NCBI GenBank assembly: GCA_017470115.1
Contig: JAFUEZ010000002.1
Location: forward strand, 49,665 to 113,664
Length of the DNA stretch: 64,000 nucleotides
From: Bacilli bacterium
Lineage (GTDB): Bacteria; Bacillota_I; Bacilli_A; RFN20; CAG-826
Direction: 5' to 3'
This document shows, in pieces, positions 48,773 through 57,954 of the stretch. Within the stretch, counting starts at the first letter, position 1. Every line of letters starts with the position of its first letter. A program made the position numbers and the translations under genes. The notes beneath the pieces were generated by a model. It saw nothing but the letters and a program-made list of their open reading frames with translations, searched no databases and was not told the origin of the DNA.

Positions 48773-50884
48773 ATGCCAGGTCCAGGTAGTAGACGTAGAA
48801 TGATTGAAAAACCTAAAGATGGCAAAAAAGTTCTTTCTCGAATGATTAAAGATTTCAAAAATGAGAAATTCCTGCTTTTAATTGTTGTTTTAGCTTGTAC
48901 GTCGTCTTCTGTTTTAGCTGTTTTATCACCAATTTTCTTAGGTAATTTCTTAAATGAAATCATTCCTACAAGCTCAACAGATTTATCAACTAGTCCATTA
49001 TTTGATGTTACAGCTTCATATGATTTGATTGTAAAATGGGATTTCTTCTTCTCAAGATTTGGCGTCTTGATGGCTTTCTATGTAATGAGCGCATTATTCT
49101 CATGGTTATCGGAATTTATTGCTGTTGGTATTTCAACAAAATATGCATATATCTTTAGAGATAGAATCATTAAAAAGTTAGATAAATTACCTCTTTCTTA
49201 TTTTGATAGGGTGCCTTACGGAGATACTCTTTCTGTAGGAACAAATGATGTTGATAATATTTCTAGAAATTTACAATCAATCGTTACTCAAATTGCCTCA
49301 GGAATCTCATTATTCTTTGCAACATTAATTGGTATGTTTATCTATGAATGGCGCCTTGCTTTAATAGCTTTGGCTGTTCTTCCGATTACATTAATAGGCG
49401 TTATGAGAATTTCAAAAGCTTCTCAAAAACAATTTAAAATTTACCGTCATGAATTAGGTGTATTAAACGGAAAAATTGAAGAAAATTACGCTGGTTTTGA
49501 GGTTATTAAACTCTTTAACAAACAAAATGATGTTGAAGAAGAATTTGATGAAATTAACATTAAAATGGCAAAAAGCGACAGAACTTCTCAATTTTTAAGC
49601 GGTTTAATTTGGCCTGTTACTATCTTTATTAATAATATAGCTTATGTTGGTATTGCGGTCGTTGGTGGTGTAATTGGCGAACTTGGAACTATGATTACAT
49701 TCTTTACCTTACTCAATTTATTTACTAGACCATTCCAACAAGTTGGCCAAATCATCAACGTAATTCAATCAGTTTTAGCAGCAGGAGAAAGAGTCTATGC
49801 TCTTCTTGATGAGGAAGAAGAAGTTCCAGATAAAGAGACCGCTATTGCTAGTGATGAAGATATAAAAGGCGAATTTTATTTTGATGATGTTTATTTCTCA
49901 TATCTTAAAAATAAACCATTAATTGAAAACTTCACACTTCATGTTAATGCTGGCGATACAATTGCAATTGTTGGTCCAACAGGAGCAGGAAAAACAACGA
50001 TGGTTAACCTTATTATGAGGTTCTACGATATTACAAATATTGCTAACGAAAACGATTTAATCGCTAAGGGCAAAAAGGAAATTAGTGAAATAAATAAATT
50101 CTATGAAGTCACTGGAGATTTTGAATATGACTTTAACGGGTTAAATTCTATTCAAGAAAAAACTCAAAGCGTTAAAGCTTTCGTCCTTAATTATTTGGCT
50201 AATGCTAGAAGCAGAAGCACTAAGACTTTAAACGAAGACGAAAAGAAGATTGATGCAATTTATGATCAAATAATTCTTAATGTTTTCAATAATGGGAATA
50301 TTAAATTAGATAACAAAACTATCTTTAACTACACACGTAAATGTCTTAGAGGAACTATTGGAATGGTTTTACAAGATACTTGGTTATTTAAAGGAACAAT
50401 TAAAGAGAATTTACTTTATGGCGATCAAAATGCGACCGATGAAGAAATTGAACAAGCATGTAGACAAGCTCATGCATGGCATTTCATTCAAGCTTTACCA
50501 GGTGGCCTTGATTTTGTTTTAAATGAAGATGGTGATAATATTTCTCAAGGTCAAAGACAACTTTTAACAATTGCAAGAGCAATTATCTCAAAACCAAAAA
50601 TTATGATTCTTGATGAAGCGACCTCCTCAGTTGATACAAGAACAGAACAAAAAATTCAAGACGCTTTAGATAAAATTATGGTTGGTAGAACTTCATTTGT
50701 TATCGCTCATAGATTATCAACAATTAAGAATGCAAAACTTATTATTGTTATGAAAAAAGGACACATCATTGAAACAGGTAATCATAAAGAACTGCTAGCT
50801 AAAAACGGGTTCTATGCAGACCTATATAACTCACAATTTAGTGGTGTTAACCCAATGCAAAAAAGAGAGGTTTTAGAAAGTTAA
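48773..50884 (+). CDS. ABC exporter half-transporter (TMD-NBD), the catalytically canonical partner, with an insertion of about 90 aa in the nucleotide-binding domain (NBD) after Walker A.
   Basis: The Walker A is GPTGAGKTT, the signature is ISQGQRQLL and the Walker B is ILDEATSSVD. The stretch RFYDITNIANEND...TRKCLRGTIGMV is longer than usual between the Walker A region and the Q-loop. Confidence 0.85.
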   Translation: MPGPGSRRRMIEKPKDGKKVLSRMIKDFKNEKFLLLIVVLACTSSSVLAVLSPIFLGNFLNEIIPTSSTDLSTSPLFDVTASYDLIVKWDFFFSRFGVLMAFYVMSALFSWLSEFIAVGISTKYAYIFRDRIIKKLDKLPLSYFDRVPYGDTLSVGTNDVDNISRNLQSIVTQIASGISLFFATLIGMFIYEWRLALIALAVLPITLIGVMRISKASQKQFKIYRHELGVLNGKIEENYAGFEVIKLFNKQNDVEEEFDEINIKMAKSDRTSQFLSGLIWPVTIFINNIAYVGIAVVGGVIGELGTMITFFTLLNLFTRPFQQVGQIINVIQSVLAAGERVYALLDEEEEVPDKETAIASDEDIKGEFYFDDVYFSYLKNKPLIENFTLHVNAGDTIAIVGPTGAGKTTMVNLIMRFYDITNIANENDLIAKGKKEISEINKFYEVTGDFEYDFNGLNSIQEKTQSVKAFVLNYLANARSRSTKTLNEDEKKIDAIYDQIILNVFNNGNIKLDNKTIFNYTRKCLRGTIGMVLQDTWLFKGTIKENLLYGDQNATDEEIEQACRQAHAWHFIQALPGGLDFVLNEDGDNISQGQRQLLTIARAIISKPKIMILDEATSSVDTRTEQKIQDALDKIMVGRTSFVIAHRLSTIKNAKLIIVMKKGHIIETGNHKELLAKNGFYADLYNSQFSGVNPMQKREVLES

Positions 50885-50900
50885 AACCTCTTTTATTTTT

Positions 50901-52463
50901 CTATTTTTCTTTGTTCTTTTTGTTCTTTAAATCAGTTAAATTTTTATAAATATTTTTAAGTGCAGGATACATTTCTAAATACGCTTTTTCAAATAAATAT
51001 TTGTATTCTGCAGCGATTTTTGGATTTGGAGTGAAAGTTTTTACATATCTAACCATATTCTTTTTTGCTTCATCAGCACTCTTATAAGTGCCATCTGCAA
51101 TGAATTGAGCCATAGCACATCCAAGACTAGAATTTTCATAAGTTTCACTCTTTAAAACAGGTAAATCGAATAAGTCAGCGGTGATTTGACAAATCGCATC
51201 ACTTTTTGATCCTCCACCTGCAACAGTAATATATTTAGCTTTTAATTTTCCTCTATTTTCGATGCTCATTAATCCTTCTTTTAGCCCATATCCAATACCT
51301 TCAACAATGGCTCTATAGATATGATATTTTGTGTGAACATCATAAAACCCAACGATCCCGCCTTTTGCTAAAGGTCTACTTAAACCTGGTCCCCAATATG
51401 GTTGAAGAATAAGTCCATCGCTTCCTGCTGGAATATTTAAAATCTTTTCATTTAATACTTCTTCAGTAGCTTTGTTTTCTATTTCTGCTTCTAAGTTTTC
51501 TGATCCACCAAATTCATTAATGAACCATTTTAACATCCAATAACCTCTATAGATTTGGACTTCGCCCGTATATGTTCCTTTAAAACATGTCGAATATGAA
51601 GGAAGGAATTTTTCAGGTTCAAAATATGAATGTTTTACGATAGCAATCGAAGAACTTGTTCCATAAGAAACGTGTGCACAGTTTTCATCGATCGCTCCAC
51701 AACCTAAGGCTTCACAAGATTTATCGTTTCCAGTAGCAATATAAGGAATTCCTGCAGGAATGCCAGTTTCTTCATAACATTTTTGAGTTGTATGTCCAAT
51801 TACTGAGCCTACTTCAACAATTGGAGGCATAAGTTTTGGATCAATTTGGAATAAATCTCCTTTCATTGCTCCTTTTTTATACCATCTTCTATTTTTATAA
51901 TCGATTGGGAAGTGACCAGTCATATTTGATGCGCTATCAGCTAAAACTCCTAACATTCTATAATTAAAATAAGAATTTAAAGGTGCATAATATTTTATTT
52001 TTTTCCAGTTTTCTGGTTCATTTTCTTGTAACCAAATAGCTGGGGTTCTTTTCCTATTTAAAACAATCGTTTGTTCCATGCCAACTAATTTAAAAGCAAG
52101 AGCATGGATAAATTTTAATTTCTTTTTTAAATCGGCTTGACGTTGATCTAACCAAATAATTGATGGTCTAATTGATTTATAATCTTTATCTAAATAAGCA
52201 GCACTATCTCTAAAACATGTTGATGAAATCGATTTTATAGAATCTAAAAGTTCAGGATGTGATGCGGTGAGTCTCTTTGCCGCTTTACACATGCAATCAT
52301 AATAATAATCTGGTTCTTGTTCGGCATAGCCAGGTTTTGGTGAAAAGTAAGGCTCACCATATTTTTCTTGTTCAAAAGCTAAAAATTTACCTGTTTTATC
52401 AACAATCGAGACTCTAACAGATTGGGTTCCATAGTCAATAGCAATAACGTTTTCCTTTTCCAT
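50901..52463 (-). CDS. FGGY-family carbohydrate kinase (glycerol/xylulose/rhamnulose-kinase-like). The start has been moved to the internal ATG that has an AAGGA ribosome-binding site.
   Basis: The N-terminal motif is AIDYGTQSVR, the second motif is VAGGGSKS, and the two-domain length fits the family. Confidence 0.75.
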   Translation of the reverse strand: MEKENVIAIDYGTQSVRVSIVDKTGKFLAFEQEKYGEPYFSPKPGYAEQEPDYYYDCMCKAAKRLTASHPELLDSIKSISSTCFRDSAAYLDKDYKSIRPSIIWLDQRQADLKKKLKFIHALAFKLVGMEQTIVLNRKRTPAIWLQENEPENWKKIKYYAPLNSYFNYRMLGVLADSASNMTGHFPIDYKNRRWYKKGAMKGDLFQIDPKLMPPIVEVGSVIGHTTQKCYEETGIPAGIPYIATGNDKSCEALGCGAIDENCAHVSYGTSSSIAIVKHSYFEPEKFLPSYSTCFKGTYTGEVQIYRGYWMLKWFINEFGGSENLEAEIENKATEEVLNEKILNIPAGSDGLILQPYWGPGLSRPLAKGGIVGFYDVHTKYHIYRAIVEGIGYGLKEGLMSIENRGKLKAKYITVAGGGSKSDAICQITADLFDLPVLKSETYENSSLGCAMAQFIADGTYKSADEAKKNMVRYVKTFTPNPKIAAEYKYLFEKAYLEMYPALKNIYKNLTDLKNKKNKEK

Positions 52464-52689
52464 AACTAAATCCTTATAAAATACTTTCATATTTTACCAT
52501 TTATTGCTTAATGACAAAAAAACAATTTTTCTAATCACTAAATTGCAAAAACGTTTGTCTAGCTTGCTCCTTTATTAAGCAAAAATTATTTTTTATATAT
52601 TTTTATATATAAAAACTTTTAAGACGTTTTGAAATCGTTTATAATATGCCTTGGTTGAAAACAACTGCCTATTTAGGAGGTATTTATTA

Positions 52690-55353
52690 ATGGCAAAACA
52701 ATATGTTTTCCTTTTCAAAGATGCATATGGCTTAGGAAAACCATTACTCGGAGGAAAAGGTGCTGGTTTAGCAGAAATGACACACATTGGTGTCCCAATC
52801 CCACAAGGATTCACAGTTACAACAGAAGCTTGTACCAGCTATTACGACAACGGAAAGAAAATGTCAGCAGAAATCGTTGCTCAAATTGATGCAGCAATTA
52901 AAGAAGTCGAAAATCAATCCAGAAAATCATTTGGTGGTATCGATCCAACAAAAACTCCATTATTAGTCTCAGTCAGATCAGGTGCTAGAGTCTCAATGCC
53001 TGGTATGATGGATACAATTTTAAATCTTGGTTTAAATGATGAATCAGTAAAAGTTTTAGCAAAAGTTTCAGGAAATGAAAGATTTGCTTATGACTCATAT
53101 CGTAGATTTATCCTTATGTTCACCAACATTGCAAAAGGTTGGCCAAGAACAGATATGGATAGAATGCTCGACAAAATCAAAGAAGACAATGGTTATAAAG
53201 TCGATACAGAAGTCAATACACAACAATTAAAAGACTTAGTTAAAGCTTATAAAGCTTACTATAAAGAAAAATTTGGTGAAGATTTCCCAGCAGATCCATA
53301 CATCCAATTACACGAAGCTGTCGAAGCAGTCTTCAGATCATGGGATAATCCAAGAGCTAACGTCTATAGACAAATGAACTCAATTCCTTATTCGTGGGGA
53401 ACAGCTGTCAACGTTCAATCAATGGTCTTTGGTAACTTAAACGAAAATTCAGGTACTGGTGTTGCTTTCTCAAGAGACCCATCAACCGGTAAAAAAGAAG
53501 TTTACGCAGAATATTTACCACAAGCACAAGGTGAAGACGTCGTCGCAGGTATTAGAACACCATTCCACATCAATTATTTAAAGGAACAAATGCCAGACGT
53601 TTATGATCAATTTGCTAAAACAATTAAAGCCATGGAAGCACATTATAAAGATATGCAAGATATGGAATATACTGTTGAAAACGGCAAATTATTCTTCTTA
53701 CAAACAAGAAATGGTAAGAGAACAGCTGCTGCAGCTTTACAAATCGCTCTTGATTTATTAGATGAAGGCGTTATTACAGAAGATGAAGCAGTCTTAAGAG
53801 TTGAACCAAAATTATTAGACTCATTATTACACCCAACATTCGATCCAAAAGCTTTAAAAGAAGCAAAACCAATCGCTTCAGGTAACCCAGCTTCCCCAGG
53901 TGCAGGTTGTGGACACTTATCATTTGAAGCAAGTGATGCAAAAGCAAGAAAAGAAAAGGGTGAAAAAGTTATCCTTGTCAGAGCTGAAACATCACCAGAA
54001 GATATCGAAGGTATGGTCAGTGCTGAAGCAATTCTCACAATGCGTGGTGGTATGACATCACACGCAGCCGTCGTCGCTCGTGGTATGGGTAAATGCTGTG
54101 TCACAGGTTGTGGTGCTGCTAAAGTTGATGAAGAAGCAAGAACAGTTACAATCAACGGTAAAGTTTATGGCGAAGGCGATACATTATCAGTTGATGGTTC
54201 AACAGGAAACATCTACGAAGGCCCATTAGCAATGGTTCCAGCAGATACAAAAGCTGGTAACTTCGGAAGAATGATGAAACTTGCTGATAAATATAGAAGA
54301 TTAAAAATCAGAACAAATGCTGATACTCCAAAAGATGCTCAACAAGCTGCTGAATTTGGTGCTGAAGGTATTGGCTTATGTAGAACAGAACATATGTTCT
54401 TCAGTGGCGAAAGAATTTTCCACATGAGAAAGATGATTCTTTCTGATACAAAAGAACAAAGAGAAGCAGCACTTGCTGAATTACTCCCATATCAAAGAGA
54501 TGACTTCTATGGTTTATATATGTCAATGTCAAAACTTGATCAAATCAAGGTTAACGTTAGATTATTAGACCCACCTCTACACGAATTTGTCCCACAAGAA
54601 GAAGACAAGATTGCTGAATTAGCAGTAGCTCTTGGCAAATCAGTTGCTGAAATCAAAGAAAGATGTGAATATCTCCATGAATTCAACCCAATGATGGGCC
54701 ACAGAGGATGTAGACTTGATGTTACATATCCAGAAATTGGTCGTATGCAAGCAAGAGCAATCATCGAAGCAGCTATCAAAGCAAGTAAAGAATTAGGTAG
54801 AAAAATCGAACCAGAAATCATGATTCCATTAACACTCGACCTCAAAGAATTCAAGTTTGTTAAGAAAATCATCACTGATGAAGCAGATAAAGTCATCGCT
54901 GAAAACGGTGTTAATATGAAATACCACGTTGGTACAATGATTGAAATCCCAAGAGCAGCATTACTCTCTGGTGAAATTGCAACAGAAGCAGAATTCTATT
55001 CATTTGGTACAAACGACTTAACACAAATGACATTTGGTTTCTCAAGAGACGATGCTTCAAAATTCTTAGGCGACTACTATGCAACAAAGATTTTTGAAGA
55101 AGATCCATTCCAACATGTCGACCAAAAAGGTGTTGGCAAACTTATTAAGATGGCAGTCAAAGATGGTAAAGAAGCAAACCCAGCATTACATTGTGGTGTC
55201 TGTGGCGAACACGGTGGCGATCCAGAATCAATCGAATTCTTCAACAGAGTTGGATTAGATTATGTATCATGTTCACCATTCAGAGTCCCAATCGCAAGAC
55301 TTGCAGCTGCACAAGCTGAAATCCTCTTAAAAAGAGAAAAAGAAGGAAAATAA
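52690..55353 (+). CDS. ppdK: Pyruvate, phosphate dikinase.
   Basis: The N-terminus after a GGAGG ribosome-binding site is MAKQYVFLFKD. The phospho-histidine region is GGMTSHAAVVARGMG and the PEP-utilising C-terminus is RTEHMF...GICGE. Confidence 0.95.
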   Translation: MAKQYVFLFKDAYGLGKPLLGGKGAGLAEMTHIGVPIPQGFTVTTEACTSYYDNGKKMSAEIVAQIDAAIKEVENQSRKSFGGIDPTKTPLLVSVRSGARVSMPGMMDTILNLGLNDESVKVLAKVSGNERFAYDSYRRFILMFTNIAKGWPRTDMDRMLDKIKEDNGYKVDTEVNTQQLKDLVKAYKAYYKEKFGEDFPADPYIQLHEAVEAVFRSWDNPRANVYRQMNSIPYSWGTAVNVQSMVFGNLNENSGTGVAFSRDPSTGKKEVYAEYLPQAQGEDVVAGIRTPFHINYLKEQMPDVYDQFAKTIKAMEAHYKDMQDMEYTVENGKLFFLQTRNGKRTAAAALQIALDLLDEGVITEDEAVLRVEPKLLDSLLHPTFDPKALKEAKPIASGNPASPGAGCGHLSFEASDAKARKEKGEKVILVRAETSPEDIEGMVSAEAILTMRGGMTSHAAVVARGMGKCCVTGCGAAKVDEEARTVTINGKVYGEGDTLSVDGSTGNIYEGPLAMVPADTKAGNFGRMMKLADKYRRLKIRTNADTPKDAQQAAEFGAEGIGLCRTEHMFFSGERIFHMRKMILSDTKEQREAALAELLPYQRDDFYGLYMSMSKLDQIKVNVRLLDPPLHEFVPQEEDKIAELAVALGKSVAEIKERCEYLHEFNPMMGHRGCRLDVTYPEIGRMQARAIIEAAIKASKELGRKIEPEIMIPLTLDLKEFKFVKKIITDEADKVIAENGVNMKYHVGTMIEIPRAALLSGEIATEAEFYSFGTNDLTQMTFGFSRDDASKFLGDYYATKIFEEDPFQHVDQKGVGKLIKMAVKDGKEANPALHCGVCGEHGGDPESIEFFNRVGLDYVSCSPFRVPIARLAAAQAEILLKREKEGK

Positions 55354-55370
55354 TTAATTTACTTCATACA

Positions 55371-55402
55371 TTAAGACCAGTTTAAAACTGGTCTTTTTTT
55401 AT
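55371..55402 (+). terminator. Rho-independent terminator GACCAGTTTAAAACTGGTCTTTTTTT after ppdK.
   Basis: An 8-bp stem is followed by a T-run. Confidence 0.75.
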
Positions 55403-55409
55403 ATTTAAA

Positions 55410-55448
55410 AAGCCTGTACAGTATTTTTACTTGACAGGCTGTTTTTGT
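55410..55448. terminator. Second, bidirectional hairpin AAAAAGCCTGT-loop-ACAGGCTGTTTTTG.
   Basis: A 7-bp stem is flanked by an A-run and a T-run. Confidence 0.5.
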
Positions 55449-55458
55449 ATAAATATAT

Positions 55459-55478
55459 AGTTTTTGCAGGGTTTTTGG
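55459..55478 (+). repeat. Instance of the recurring motif (AGTTTTTGCAGGGTTTTTGG) abutting the stop of the small minus-strand gene.
   Basis: It matches the consensus exactly. Confidence 0.6.
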
Positions 55479-55479
55479 T

Positions 55480-55734
55480 TTAACCTAACGCTTTTTTTGA
55501 GAAATATAAGTCATTATTTGCTTTTAAAATTCCAACTTTTTTATTATTCAAATAAATATCACCAGCTTCATCAATATATCCAGCTAGATATGTTCCTTCT
55601 AGATATATTTCTCCTTCGGCTGTAAGTTCAGCAAATCTCTTTCCATTAATATAAATAACCCCTTTATGGTTTATATAACCGACAAGGTCTTCTCCAATAT
55701 ATACGTTTTTGTTATAGCAATCTACAAATATCAT
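55480..55734 (-). CDS. Small 84-aa protein built from internal repeats of about 20 aa (GYI-x3-G-x-IYLN-x-K); function unknown.
   Basis: VGYINHKGVIYINGKRFAEL and AGYIDEAGDIYLNNKKVGIL are clear repeats. The gene lies between ispE and the convergent terminators. Confidence 0.45.
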   Translation of the reverse strand: MIFVDCYNKNVYIGEDLVGYINHKGVIYINGKRFAELTAEGEIYLEGTYLAGYIDEAGDIYLNNKKVGILKANNDLYFSKKALG

Positions 55735-55735
55735 A

Positions 55736-56590
55736 TTAGTTTAAAATGTCACATTCACAGGTTTGATAACCTAATTTTTCATATTTTATTAGTAATTTTT
55801 TAAAGTCGTTTTTATTCTTTGAAAGAGCGAAAACAGTAGAACCTGAACCAGACATCATTACACATCTAAGTCCATTGGCTTTAAAATCGTCGATAATGTT
55901 TTGAATCTCTGGAACAACTGAAATTGCGGGTTCTTGAAGAGAATTAGACATACATTCTTCAATAGCATCTAAATCATCTTTTATAAAAGCTTCTTTAACT
56001 TTTTGAATATCACAATGTTTTAAAGATGGATAACTATCGGCTAAATTAAATATTTCTCCAGTTGAACACCCTTCAATTGGTTTTACTAACAAAACTTTTA
56101 AAGGGGATCTATGATTAATTTCTTCCAAAACTTCTCCTTTGTTTAAAAGAAGAGCTGGTTTAGAAAAATAGGACCAAGGGACATCAGATCCAACCTTAAT
56201 AGAAATATTAATTATTTGTTCTCTTGTTGGTTTCAATTTAAGCAATTTAACTATTGCTCTTAAAACTCCTCCTGCATCAGCTGAACTGCCACCAAGACCA
56301 GCTTGCAAGAATATGTTTTTGTGAATTTTCACATTAAGCCTTTCTTTAAAACCAAATTCTTCTCTCGCTGCAGCAATCATTTTACGTACAGAATTATATT
56401 TAGAAATATGTATTGAAGTTTCATCACAAGTGACAAAGTCATCGTCTTTTTCATATTTATTTATTGAGACTTCTAACGAATCATGAAGAGAAATAGGAAG
56501 CATTATTGATTCCAAATTGTGATAACCATCGTCTCTTTTATTTAAACAATTTAATGCGAGGTTTATTTTTGCATAAGCTTTTTCTATCAT
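55736..56590 (-). CDS. ispE: 4-diphosphocytidyl-2-C-methyl-D-erythritol kinase (MEP pathway).
   Basis: The N-terminus MIEKAYAKINLALNCLNKRDDGYHNL and the GHMP-kinase motif GLGGSSADAGG are present. Confidence 0.85.
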   Translation of the reverse strand: MIEKAYAKINLALNCLNKRDDGYHNLESIMLPISLHDSLEVSINKYEKDDDFVTCDETSIHISKYNSVRKMIAAAREEFGFKERLNVKIHKNIFLQAGLGGSSADAGGVLRAIVKLLKLKPTREQIINISIKVGSDVPWSYFSKPALLLNKGEVLEEINHRSPLKVLLVKPIEGCSTGEIFNLADSYPSLKHCDIQKVKEAFIKDDLDAIEECMSNSLQEPAISVVPEIQNIIDDFKANGLRCVMMSGSGSTVFALSKNKNDFKKLLIKYEKLGYQTCECDILN

Positions 56591-56609
56591 AAAAATTACC
56601 TTTAATAGA

Positions 56610-57425
56610 TTAAAATATTTTATTGCTTATTAATGTTTCAGTCAATAAGACAAACTGATCAATTGAAAGTTCTTCGGCACGAGAAGTAGGGCTTAATTTT
56701 GCTTCTTCAAGCAATTCCTGAGTTTTGTTCTTATCTCTAACAACCGATGACAAATTATTCAATAATGTTTTTCTTCTATTTGAAAAACATATTTTACTTG
56801 TTTTGTACAATATTTTTGCAAAATCTAGGCTTTTTGCAGGCTTTTTGGTGATTTCAAATACTAAACTATCTACTTTTGGTGTTGGAAAGAAATTTACCTT
56901 TGATACATTTAAACAAGGTTTAATTTCATACATATAAAGTAATAAAACATTTAAAGCGTTATAGTCTTTTCCGCTAGAAGAAGTGAAACGATCATAACAT
57001 TCTTTTTGAACCATAAATACGCCTTTTTCAAGATTAACATAATTTAAACAAATGCTCTCAATAATGTCTGAAGAAATGTAGTAAGGGAGGTTCCCAATCA
57101 CTTTATTAAATGTAAAATCTTTGTATTTTATAATATTGTTTTTAACTATTTCAATGTTTTGTCCTTCATAGTTTTTAGACAAAAAATTCACAAATTTTTG
57201 ATCATACTCAACGACAGTAAATCTCGATGTTTGTCCAATAATATAACCTGTTAAAGCTCCGAGTCCAGGTCCGATTTCAAGTACACTATCAGATTGTTGA
57301 ATATCTAAAAGATCAACAATGCTTTTGCATGTCTTGCTATTAATCAAAAAATTCTGACCAAGTTCTTTTTTGGCGTGTGAATTTTCTAATTTAAAGAAAT
57401 CTATAATCTCTTCAACACTAAGCAT
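56610..57425 (-). CDS. rsmA: 16S rRNA (adenine1518/1519-N6)-dimethyltransferase.
   Basis: The motifs GQNFL, LEIGPGLGALT and NLPY are present. Confidence 0.9.
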   Translation of the reverse strand: MLSVEEIIDFFKLENSHAKKELGQNFLINSKTCKSIVDLLDIQQSDSVLEIGPGLGALTGYIIGQTSRFTVVEYDQKFVNFLSKNYEGQNIEIVKNNIIKYKDFTFNKVIGNLPYYISSDIIESICLNYVNLEKGVFMVQKECYDRFTSSSGKDYNALNVLLLYMYEIKPCLNVSKVNFFPTPKVDSLVFEITKKPAKSLDFAKILYKTSKICFSNRRKTLLNNLSSVVRDKNKTQELLEEAKLSPTSRAEELSIDQFVLLTETLISNKIF

Positions 57426-57954
57426 TTAACAGTTTCTCCAATTCTTCCTTTTTAACACTTAAATAATTTAACTTTTTTAATAAGGCTTTACCATTAGATT
57501 TTCCTGTATGATAGTAATCATCAACGATTTTTCTTAATTCTTTTGAATTTTTAGCACCTACAAGCTCTAATTCATATAAATCCATATAAGTTAAATAATT
57601 GTTTTTCTTTCCTTTATTATATATAACAACATTTTTCAAAGCGTTTAAGACCTCATCTTTTGTTGATTCAGCCACACCGACTTTATGGTTTTTAATAGAA
57701 TTTTCTTTTTTAACATATGCGTTTTTCAAATTCGGAATATTTTCGTTTAAAAAATTTCTTATTTTTTCTCCAGGATAATCTGGATCAGTAAGAACAATTA
57801 TTCCTCTTTGTTTAGATATATTCTTTAAAAAAATTAAATCTTTTTCGTTAACAGCAGAACCATTAACACTATAAAAATCTGCATCAATAAATGATGATAA
57901 AAAATCTATATCAGTTTTTCCTTCAACAACTATTAAATCTTCTATTCTATTCAT
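57418..57954 (-). CDS. rnmV: Ribonuclease M5 (Toprim domain).
   Basis: The Toprim motifs are VVEGKTD and VLTDPDYPGEKIR. Its position between tatD and rsmA matches Bacillus. Confidence 0.8.
   Translation of the reverse strand: MNRIEDLIVVEGKTDIDFLSSFIDADFYSVNGSAVNEKDLIFLKNISKQRGIIVLTDPDYPGEKIRNFLNENIPNLKNAYVKKENSIKNHKVGVAESTKDEVLNALKNVVIYNKGKKNNYLTYMDLYELELVGAKNSKELRKIVDDYYHTGKSNGKALLKKLNYLSVKKEELEKLLNA

Noticed and set aside
9898-54896. Internal or antisense ORFs within large genes. Examples are 9898..10107, 10998..11189, 12333..12757, 14740..15111, 18593..18778, 39232..39753, 41638..42066, 53643..54155, 54540..55108 and 59095..59550.
   Set aside because: They overlap well-supported genes on the opposite strand or in another frame, and they have no ribosome-binding site. 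They are typical low-complexity shadow ORFs.
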